From contig JAEOSZ010000016.1 in the NCBI GenBank assembly GCA_016840095.1, positions 1 through 27,203 of the forward strand: a DNA stretch of 27,203 nt, read 5' to 3'. Under the pieces are notes generated by a model, which searched no databases, was not told where the DNA came from, and was given only the letters and a program-made list of their open reading frames with translations. A program made the translations under genes and the position numbers. This DNA is from Candidatus Heimdallarchaeota archaeon. Lineage in GTDB: Archaea; Asgardarchaeota; Heimdallarchaeia; Heimdallarchaeales; Heimdallarchaeaceae. This document shows, piece by piece, positions 1 through 8,082 of this stretch. The first letter of the stretch is position 1, and each line of letters opens with the position of its first letter.

Positions 1-1326
1 ATTATAACCAGGGAATGATGATTCTTCGTGTCTCATGTAATAATCAGCTCTTGGACTACCAAAAACAGAAAAAACATCTAAACCAGTCACCATGTACCTG
101 TCATTAACCATGTCGTTCACTAAGTTTTGAAAAATATAAGAATCAGGAATGAATCTCTGACCCATCAATCTGAAACCTAGTGTAGCGTCTGAAAACTCTT
201 GTTCTTCATAAATGAACATCGAATTTATTTGTGGCCTTCTATATGATCCAATATCAACAATAATTTCTTCAATCAAAGTTTCATTAGCTAATATATCCCC
301 TTCAGGAGCGCCAACACTCTGCCAAATCTGATAATATTCTTCTGCAGATAAATCATCACTTTCTCCTACATAGAAAACTGTAGGTTCGTATATTCTTTCC
401 CAATACTCCCATACTGTTGAAGTATCAATACTCTCATTAAAACTTGAAATCAACAGCAATGCCATTCTGGATTGTTCTATGCCAAGTGCAGGATCGAGGG
501 GTCCAGATGCTAGAAAACCCATTCTGCCTGCATACATCATTGCTTTGAAGTAGTTTGCAAGTATTTCATTACGGGTATAATGCCCTCTAACTACGTATTG
601 TGTATAATCTTCTTCATATCCAAAAATAGCTGAATTAGCCACAGCAGTATTGTTAATAAGATTCAATTCAGTAAGAGCAAGTGATTCTACTTCGAAGGGG
701 ATAGTGTTAGTTTCGTTAAGGAGATAGAGCATAACAGACAAATATGCCACGTTCTTGTTAATTGCTTCATGAACAACAAATTCAGAAACAGTTGTATTGA
801 GAGCAATTTGGGCATCTCGGAGAGCAAACAGCATATCTTCAAAATCATAATAGAATCTTACACCTTCTAGTATTCTCAAACTAATATCATATAGAACATG
901 ATAGGCATGCAAACATAAATCAGTTGTAATAAATTTGGGTTTTTTATCTCCATAGTAGATATCATATATGTCCTCATACCCTTGATCAACAATTGCAAAA
1001 CCATAATTTTCCAACATTCGCTTTATGCTAGGAGAGAGGGATAAATCTTGCTTATCAACATTCATCAAGTTATTCAGTATTAATGTTGGTTCTATTGAAG
1101 GAGTAAAGTTAAGATTTAGTGGGTGATAGGAACCAAAAGATGTGGAAACAGTCTCTTTAATTTGATATGTAGAAGCGGTGTCGTTAATTAATTGTTTGGG
1201 ATTCCAATCTAGCTCCATTTTTATATTTAATAAGGGTGGAAAAGCTATTCCTAAACCTGCTGCTACTATAATAACAATTGTTGCTGATCCAATTATTTTC
1301 TTCATTGTACTATCCTGTTTCAACAT
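1..1326 (-). CDS. DUF3160 family membrane-anchored protein, paralogue 1 (3' end runs off the window; absent from the ORF track)
   Basis: Manual translation from ATG 1326 (alternative ATG 1305) is open to base 1: MLKQDSTMKKIIGSATIVIIVAAGLGIAFPP...KPKFITTDLCLHAYHVLYD...VRGHYTRNEILANYFKAMMYAGR...INSMFIYEEQEFSDATLGFRLMGQRFIPDSYIFQ. It has an N-terminal hydrophobic anchor and the RGHY and FRLMGQRF.PD motifs I recognise as DUF3160. It is collinear with 1381-3573. Confidence 0.88.
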   Translation of the reverse strand, partial: MLKQDSTMKKIIGSATIVIIVAAGLGIAFPPLLNIKMELDWNPKQLINDTASTYQIKETVSTSFGSYHPLNLNFTPSIEPTLILNNLMNVDKQDLSLSPSIKRMLENYGFAIVDQGYEDIYDIYYGDKKPKFITTDLCLHAYHVLYDISLRILEGVRFYYDFEDMLFALRDAQIALNTTVSEFVVHEAINKNVAYLSVMLYLLNETNTIPFEVESLALTELNLINNTAVANSAIFGYEEDYTQYVVRGHYTRNEILANYFKAMMYAGRMGFLASGPLDPALGIEQSRMALLLISSFNESIDTSTVWEYWERIYEPTVFYVGESDDLSAEEYYQIWQSVGAPEGDILANETLIEEIIVDIGSYRRPQINSMFIYEEQEFSDATLGFRLMGQRFIPDSYIFQNLVNDMVNDRYMVTGLDVFSVFGSPRADYYMRHEESSFPGYN

Positions 1327-1380
1327 CTTTCTTTCCTTCCAAAGTATACTATATTTTGGATCACTATTTCTATTTTATGC

Positions 1381-3573
1381 TTACTTTTCCTTTTTAGAAA
1401 CTTGAACAGCAGAATTGACAAGGGTTATAGGCATAACATTTAGTACCCACTCTGGTAGATCAGGAGGTGTAGTGTCCAACATCTCATGCCATCCCTCATC
1501 AGTTAATCTATCATTCATAGGATGTTTGAATTCATAATATGAGAATGTTGCTCCTTTTGTTAATCGAAGCTTTCCTTGATGATCTTGAACAACAACATAG
1601 ATAGAGAATGGATTTCCTACTCCTACTTCTAATACTTGACCTGTATTTGGATCTGTATGAACATCTGCAATTATAGCCATTCTTCCATCAGCTTCACTAG
1701 CGTAAGGATCATCTGGATTAGGATAAGAAGCTACATCTGCAATTTGCTGAGCTACATTATTGATGAAGCTGATATCATCTTGTGTTAAAGGTTCATCTTC
1801 TAGCTCCTTGATGCTGAGAACAACAAGAGTATCCAAAATTGATTCTAGTGATTCTAACTTATCACTTAGGTCGTAACCTTCACTGATTAAACCTCGCGAT
1901 TCTAGTCCAGTTTTCATTAGCCCAACTAGACTAGCTAATCGTGCATAAACTTCTGGATAAGGCTCAATATACCCCTCAAAAACCCTAGGCATTGATGTTT
2001 CATAAGTATAAGATTGCTTGGCATACAATATTGTATCATGTCTTAATTCTGCCCACGAACCCAATGATGTCATCATAGCTTTGTCTGTCCATGCATCACT
2101 TAACATAAATCCTGGATAACCATTTGTTGCTGGTTTTAACAATGGAAATAGTGAGTATAACCATGACCAATAGAGATTCTGTGTCCAATCATAATCAGTC
2201 AGATTGCCAAATTCCTTTCTTAATTTTTCAATTTGATCATCATAATCAGGATAAATTGTTCCTTCATCTCGCATATAATATGCAGCTCTAGGACTACCAA
2301 AAACTGACAATACATCTAAAGCTGTAGGCATCAATCTTCCTCCAACTTTATTATGCACTAGCTGTTGAAAGATGTAAGAATCAGGAATGAATCTTTGTCC
2401 CATGAGTCTAAATCCCTGAGTAACATTTTAATGACCAAATGCATCAAAGATGAACATAGAATTGATTTTTGGTTTTCTATATGTTTGTGCTTCCTCAATG
2501 AATGCTTCTATGGTAATTTCAGATCCTAAAGCATCTCCTTCTGGAGCACCTTGATTTTGCCAAATCTGGTAATATTCGGCAGCTGTCAAATCATCACTAG
2601 CTCCTACATAGAAAACTGTAGGCTCATAGACTCTATCCCAGAAGTCCCACACTGTTTCAGAATAAGTTGTAGTATTGAAGCTTGAAATCAATAAAATTGC
2701 CATTCTAGTTAATTCTATTCCTATCTCAGGTTCACCCATTGGTCCTTGAAGAAGGAATCCAATTCTACCAGCATACATCATTGCTTTGAAGTAATTACTT
2801 AGAATCTCACTACGAGTATAATGTCCTCTAACAGTGTATTGTGTGTAGTCTTCATCATACCCAAAGATAGCTGAAGGAGCTCTTTCACCAGCATCAATTA
2901 AAGCCAATTCAGCTGATGCTAGAGGTTCTATTTCGACAGGTATTGGGTTTGTTGTACTATTCAACAAATAGAGCATCACAGACAGATATGCAATATTTTT
3001 ATTCAATGCATCATGTACTATTGGATCAGAAACAGTTCCATTAAGTACTATTTGGTCATCTCTGAGAGCTTGGAGCATAATCTCAAAATCATAAAAGAAT
3101 CTTTCTCCTTCTAGAACTCTTAGGCTTAAATCATAGAGCACATGATAGGCATGTAAACATAGATCGGTTGTAATAAATTTGGGTAACTCTAAATCTTCAT
3201 TATAAAGTTCATAAATATCCTCATACCCTTCATCTACTATAACAAAACCATACTGTTCTAAGTAATCTTTCATTTCAGGAGTAACACTTAAACCTTGAAA
3301 ATCTACATTCTGAAGATTGTTGCCAATCTGTGTTGGTTTAACCTTCGGAGTATATTCCGCAAGAACAGGATCGTAAGAACCAAACGATGTGCTAATAGTT
3401 TCGCTTATATCATATGTAGATGCTGTTCCTTTAATCAGAGAATCTGGATTAAAATCAATTCCTTCCCTTGGATTAATTATGTATGGGAGAGAAATTAAAA
3501 GACCAGTTATTGCAAGTACTCCACATAGACTTGCACTTGCAATTACAATTGTTTTTTTACTCAAAGCTATCAT
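1381..3573 (-). pseudogene. DUF3160 family protein, paralogue 2, interrupted by one in-frame TAA at 2428-2430 (track ORFs 2428-3573 and 1381-2403 are one gene of about 730 codons)
   Basis: Both ORFs are in the same frame. The junction reads FDAFGH*NVTQGFRLMGQRF and aligns without gaps to YEEQEFSDATLGFRLMGQRF in paralogue 1. The C-terminal half has SWAELRHDTILYAKQS and IADVHT motifs. Nonsense mutation versus base-call error cannot be distinguished here. Confidence 0.8.
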
Positions 3574-3618
3574 TGAACTAACCTTTTGTTAAAGGTATAC
3601 TTTTGGAAAGGTATGAAC

Positions 3619-3647
3619 TTTCTTGTGTCTTTTCTAACACAAAGAAA
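3619..3647 (-). terminator. Imperfect hairpin downstream of the esterase gene (possible terminator or operator)
   Basis: TTTCTTGTGT (3619-3628) and ACACAAAGAAA (3637-3647) form an inverted repeat with a one-base bulge. Confidence 0.3.
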
Positions 3648-3673
3648 ATACACATTCTATAATGAAAGCATTT

Positions 3674-4501
3674 CTATTTTAAAGATAACAACCCAAAGTG
3701 TGTAATCTCTGATTGATCATTGCTTATTATCCTTTCAATAAATTCCTTTATTTTATCATAAATAATATCAAAGAACCTTGTATTCAGAAACATATGTCTT
3801 CCTCCTTTCACAAGATATCCAGTACGAATTTTGGAAGAAGCATGTTTCACCACATAAGCTGTAGCTTTGTTACTTGTAGCTAAATCCTTATCCCCATTTA
3901 TTACGAGGAAGGGAGTAACAAATTTTTTTACGCTTCTCTTCATTTCTTTAGACTGCCTAACTGCATGAACTAAGGTATTCATAGGCATTTTGTTCATGTT
4001 CTCTAATTTCCATTTAAGATAATCCTCATCAACTAAAGTTTTGTCATAATCACTAGCAATCGAAAATGGTATAGATTTGATTCTGATGAATCTGTAAATA
4101 AACGAGAACAACCTTAACATCCATGAAAATAAACCCCCAATGCTTAATCCTATGTAAGCATCTGCTGTGGGATTGGAAGTTTCTGCAACATAGGTTATTC
4201 CTGCGCCTAAAGAAAAACCGATAACAATTAACTTCTCATATTCTTGCTTTTTCTTTGAAATTAATTCTTTCCCCCAATCATAAAGTTCTGTTGGGTCCTT
4301 AAGTGAAAGAAGGTGGTCATAGGTTTTTCCATGATAGGGAATAATTGGTGCAAACACATCATATCCTTCTCTTGAGAGAGACTCTATCAAATGTTGCATT
4401 TCAAAAGGTGTGCTAGCTAAACCATGTAAAATTAAGATACAGACCTTTGACTCATTTTTGAATTCAATATCTTTAGCATACGGATATTCCAACAAAATCA
4501 C
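3674..4501 (-). CDS. Alpha/beta-hydrolase, carboxylesterase/lysophospholipase-like
   Basis: HG oxyanion motif (ILHGLAS), nucleophile elbow GFSLG, Asp region GDKDL, His region GGRHM; GTG start. Confidence 0.9.
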   Translation of the reverse strand: MILLEYPYAKDIEFKNESKVCILILHGLASTPFEMQHLIESLSREGYDVFAPIIPYHGKTYDHLLSLKDPTELYDWGKELISKKKQEYEKLIVIGFSLGAGITYVAETSNPTADAYIGLSIGGLFSWMLRLFSFIYRFIRIKSIPFSIASDYDKTLVDEDYLKWKLENMNKMPMNTLVHAVRQSKEMKRSVKKFVTPFLVINGDKDLATSNKATAYVVKHASSKIRTGYLVKGGRHMFLNTRFFDIIYDKIKEFIERIISNDQSEITHFGLLSLK

Positions 4502-4603
4502 TTCTTAACATTTAGAGGACACTATTCCCTACAGTATTATTATTGTTTTGCTTCAACATGTCGAGTTCATAAAGATTATTAATAAGAAAGAATTTCGGCA
4601 CTT

Positions 4604-5581
4604 ATGGCATCAGATGACATATTTCATGGTGATTTAGGAATTATAGGTGGGGGAGTAGGTGGTATGGGTTGTGCCATCATTGCAGCTTACAAAGGACTCA
4701 AAGTAACAATCTTTGAAGGAGGCAGATTGGGTGGTATAGTTACATCACTATATGCTAGGAAAATTGTTGAAAACTATCCTGGTAATCCAAGTATTCTAGC
4801 TAAGAGACTTATTGACGAATTCGTTATTCAAGCTCAAGAAGTAGAGGCTGAAATAATAGATGAAAGAGTAGTTAAAGTAGAGAAGAAAGATGATGTTCTT
4901 ACTATTATAACTAATGAAAACAGCTATAATTTCAGAAGTATCGTAATTGCTACTGGTTCAAAACCTGCTGAATTAGGTGTTCCGGGTGAAAACAAATTCA
5001 AACGAAAAGATAGAGGTGTTTACAACTTCGTTTCAGACCCTGATCGATTCAAGGGTGCTAGTGTAGCTGTAATCGGTGGAGGAGACACTGCTATAGATGC
5101 AGTAAGAACCATTTCAGGGATTGCTAAGAAGATTTACTTAGTACATAGAAGAGACAGTTTCAGAGCTGCCGAAACTACTGTTCAAGAGATAGTTGATAAT
5201 AATTTAGCTGAAATAGTTTACAAACATCAGTTGAAAGAGCTTCAAGGTGAAGATAACTTAGAAAGAGCTGTTCTATTTAATGTCGATTCCAATGAAGAAA
5301 GAGTATTAGAAGTAGACAAATGTATTTTAGCAGTTGGTCTTAAAACAAGTGTTGAGATCTTCGAAGACATAGGTCTAGAAAACGATGGAAAATACATCAT
5401 GGTTGATAGAGAAATGAGAACTAACGTTCCCGGAGTCTTTGCAATTGGAGATATCGCTTCAAAATACCAATTAATTGTTATTGCAGTCGCTCAAGGTGCA
5501 ATTGCAGCTCACAATGCTTTTGGAATGATCAGAAAACCATACTGGTATAAAGATGAAGAATGGCCAACTGAAGTTTGCTAA
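4604..5581 (+). CDS. TrxR-fold FAD/NADPH oxidoreductase lacking CxxC; probable ferredoxin/flavodoxin-NADP+ reductase (YumC-type)
   Basis: GGGVGG FAD motif, IATG, GGGDTA, HRRDSFRA NADPH motif, TNVPGVFAIGD. The TrxR CxxC position reads GVYNFVSDPD. Confidence 0.85.
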   Translation: MASDDIFHGDLGIIGGGVGGMGCAIIAAYKGLKVTIFEGGRLGGIVTSLYARKIVENYPGNPSILAKRLIDEFVIQAQEVEAEIIDERVVKVEKKDDVLTIITNENSYNFRSIVIATGSKPAELGVPGENKFKRKDRGVYNFVSDPDRFKGASVAVIGGGDTAIDAVRTISGIAKKIYLVHRRDSFRAAETTVQEIVDNNLAEIVYKHQLKELQGEDNLERAVLFNVDSNEERVLEVDKCILAVGLKTSVEIFEDIGLENDGKYIMVDREMRTNVPGVFAIGDIASKYQLIVIAVAQGAIAAHNAFGMIRKPYWYKDEEWPTEVC

Positions 5582-5590
5582 ACTTCATTC

Positions 5591-5603
5591 TTTTTTGTTT
5601 TTT
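5591..5603 (+). terminator. Oligo-T archaeal-type terminator after the oxidoreductase
   Basis: TTTTTTGTTTTTT begins 10 nt after the TAA stop. Confidence 0.45.
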
Positions 5604-5639
5604 CATTTAATTTATATGTAAGTACATTTTTTTGATGTT

Positions 5640-6203
5640 ATGGATTTGTTCTCTAGAATAGCAGGAAGATATGATAGTATAATTAGATCTTCTGCTGTTA
5701 ATGAATTTAAGAAATATCTAAATTTAGAATCAGATAAAATTCTTTTAGACCTTGGTGGAGGTACTGGAAGAGTTGCTCTTGTGCTTGAACAGATGACTAA
5801 TGGCTGTATTCTTTTAGACAGATCTTTTGAAATGTTACAACAAGCAAGGAAGAAATCAAATAGTCTGTTCTTCTTGCAGGGGGTAGGTGAATCACTTCCT
5901 TTCAGAACTGGTACCGTACCTCAGATTTTTGCAAATGATACTCTACACCATATACAAAAACAGAAAGAAACACTAGATGAATGTTATAGAGTTATGGGCA
6001 ATAAAAGTCGTTTTTCGATAAGAGAATATGATCCTGAATACTGGAAAACAAAGTTTCTAATTTTCTTTGAAAAAGTTTTAATGTTCAGTAGCATTTTTTT
6101 ACCTCCTTGGAAACTAGAAGAATTTTGTAAGAACATTGGTTTTGCTGTCGTTTGGCAACGTTTAACAAAATCTACCTATCTTCTTGAGGCAACAAAAGAC
6201 TAA
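5640..6203 (+). CDS. Class I SAM-dependent methyltransferase (UbiE/Methyltransf_11-like)
   Basis: Motif I LDLGGGTG, LDRSFEML, GESLPF, DTLHHI. TTTATAT box at 5611-5617 lies just upstream of the ATG. Confidence 0.9.
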   Translation: MDLFSRIAGRYDSIIRSSAVNEFKKYLNLESDKILLDLGGGTGRVALVLEQMTNGCILLDRSFEMLQQARKKSNSLFFLQGVGESLPFRTGTVPQIFANDTLHHIQKQKETLDECYRVMGNKSRFSIREYDPEYWKTKFLIFFEKVLMFSSIFLPPWKLEEFCKNIGFAVVWQRLTKSTYLLEATKD

Positions 6204-6205
6204 AT

Positions 6206-6931
6206 CTAGATTAGAAATAATAAGTAAATGCTAACAGCTATTGATGCAGGTAAAGTCAGGTTATCAAGAAATAGATAGCTCAAAGCTTCAAAAGTCATAC
6301 CGATAAACGAAATAACAATTATCTTCCACCATGCACCAGGCAACAAAATCAAAGATCCTATAGTTAGACCTACAACAACTCCAATACAAGTTCCAACTAA
6401 TACTCCCATAGATCCTTCTAAGCTTTTTTCAGCAAAGATCTTGTATCTTTTTTTACCATAAGGTCTTCCAATCAGTTCTCCTAATCCATCACCTAAACTT
6501 ACAGATAGATAAGCTGCAGTAAAAACATAGACATCTGTCTTAAAAAACCACAATATTAGAATCATTGTTGTTCCCATAAAGATTGCATTAATGAAAAGTA
6601 ACCAAGGTTTATCATCATCTCTGGAACAGAGGATAAGAATTCTCTGCAATAAACGAATCTGGGGGATGGCAGATAAAAGAAAGAGAATTCCAATAGCTAT
6701 GGCTAACGTGAAGAAAATGTCAAATACATTTTCAAAGAATAAGGGAAAGAATGCAGCTATACAATTTAGAATCATATGCCCTACTTTTCGAATTTGCCAT
6801 CTTTCTAACTTCAGAGCTTTTAACAAGAATACAATGTTAATAGTTAAGAAAATAACTACAACACCCACAATAATCGCAATCCAATTTGGATCAATAGTGT
6901 TGAAACTCAGCTCAGTATCAATGACGCCCAT
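6206..6931 (-). CDS. CTP-dependent isoprenoid-alcohol kinase (dolichol/phytol kinase, SEC59/VTE5-like), multi-TM
   Basis: RKVGH, GDGLGELIGRPYG, KSLEGS and DNLTLP motifs; highly hydrophobic. Confidence 0.85.
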   Translation of the reverse strand: MGVIDTELSFNTIDPNWIAIIVGVVVIFLTINIVFLLKALKLERWQIRKVGHMILNCIAAFFPLFFENVFDIFFTLAIAIGILFLLSAIPQIRLLQRILILCSRDDDKPWLLFINAIFMGTTMILILWFFKTDVYVFTAAYLSVSLGDGLGELIGRPYGKKRYKIFAEKSLEGSMGVLVGTCIGVVVGLTIGSLILLPGAWWKIIVISFIGMTFEALSYLFLDNLTLPASIAVSIYLLFLI

Positions 6932-6952
6932 GTCTTTCTACCAACAAGTTTG

Positions 6953-7495
6953 CTATGGCTTGCATATTAATTCTTTCATCTTCATTTGGAAAAATGAATG
7001 AGAATGAGCAGGAGTTACAACCCATGCAGTATCTGCACCTCTACCTGTTCCTCCAATTGTTATTACATCATCCAAAGTGATAACTCCAGCATCCGCTGCC
7101 ATAATAGCAATTTCTGCACAGACTTTAGTACCTTGACCAAATAATCTAAGAGTTTCTGCCATAATTTCTGTAGTTAACCATGTTCCATGCTTTTTTCTAA
7201 CAGCTCTATCAATTCCTGCTAGAGCATGAGTTGCTGTAACTACTTTAACACCTTTTGCTTGAAGTTGTTGAATAGATTCTTCAGGGATTTCCATCTCACC
7301 AGGTTCTCTGAAACCAGCTTGATGAGTAACTGTAATTAATTTCACTCCTTTAATAGCATCTGCGGCTTTTAATGCAGTACTACCTGAGGTTGTTGCAACT
7401 ATAACTTGATGAATATCTCCTTTTTCTAATCTTTTATTCACAAGAGAAAATACTTCTTCAGTGTAATCTCCAGGTTTGGGAAAATGAACAGTCAT
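6953..7495 (-). CDS. Stand-alone pyruvate-kinase C-terminal (alpha/beta) domain protein, COG1751/MTH1675-like
   Basis: VIVATTSGSTA, VTHQAGF, THALAGIDRA, LRLFGQGTKVCAEIAIMAADAG, GGTGRGADTA, C-terminal ELICKP. Confidence 0.88.
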   Translation of the reverse strand: MTVHFPKPGDYTEEVFSLVNKRLEKGDIHQVIVATTSGSTALKAADAIKGVKLITVTHQAGFREPGEMEIPEESIQQLQAKGVKVVTATHALAGIDRAVRKKHGTWLTTEIMAETLRLFGQGTKVCAEIAIMAADAGVITLDDVITIGGTGRGADTAWVVTPAHSHSFFQMKMKELICKP

Positions 7496-7598
7496 GCAAT
7501 AGGTTAGTTTTATGTAGTTTATATTTTTTTTTCATACTCCATACAATTTACTGCTCTTTTTCTGATGAAAACGATTAATTCTTCGAAAATATTTATAG

Positions 7599-8030
7599 AT
7601 GACCAAAGGAAACTGTTGTTTGATGAGTATAAGTTTTGAGCTCGATCAAGGGAAAACCAACCAGGTTATGATAAGTTCAAGAAAGATAATGCTCAATAAA
7701 GGACAACTAGAAATTTTTGAAAAACTGTTTGAATGTATAATGCACGCAATGCCCAACACCAATAGAAGCGGTATTGAAGCAATTCTCAAACAATCTTGCA
7801 GAGAATGGGAAAAAGAAAAAGTTCGTCCAATTAACGAATTCAGGTTTATACATGCTAATGAAAGGATGAAGGCTTTTGATGAAATATTGATAAATTTCTT
7901 TTTAACTCTTAGAAATACCATGATTCATCCTCTTAACGCAGAAACTGTTTCTTTTCTCCGAAATGCTATCCTTACGAGCTATAAGGACTTTCTAGAAGCA
8001 GAAGGATATGTTGTTGATTTTCTTCCATAG
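7599..8030 (+). CDS. Hypothetical protein (likely start ATG 7623)
   Basis: 143-codon ORF filling the gap between genes; TTTATA at 7592-7597 sits about 25 nt upstream of ATG 7623; no family recognised. Confidence 0.6.
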   Translation: MTKGNCCLMSISFELDQGKTNQVMISSRKIMLNKGQLEIFEKLFECIMHAMPNTNRSGIEAILKQSCREWEKEKVRPINEFRFIHANERMKAFDEILINFFLTLRNTMIHPLNAETVSFLRNAILTSYKDFLEAEGYVVDFLP

Positions 8031-8082
8031 TTCTCAATAAGACATATATACTAGTTAGATTGCTTCTTGATAAGGTTGTATT

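Noticed and set aside
1178-1405. 75-aa + strand ORF
   Set aside because: Antisense shadow of the DUF3160 paralogue 1 N-terminus, which the track missed.
2428-2430. Stop-codon recoding (Sec, Pyl or alternative genetic code) at the DUF3160 internal stop
   Set aside because: The codon is TAA, not TGA or TAG. TAA ends many genes here, and no other gene shows an internal stop.
3295-3592. Two 67-aa + strand ORFs
   Set aside because: Antisense to the well-supported DUF3160 gene; no motifs.
4604-5581. trxB (thioredoxin reductase) call, or a C-terminal selenocysteine motif
   Set aside because: There is no CxxC, and the terminal Cys is followed by TAA, not TGA.
6591-7921. ORFs 6591-7001 (+) and 7646-7921 (-)
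   Set aside because: They overlap longer or motif-bearing genes on the opposite strand.
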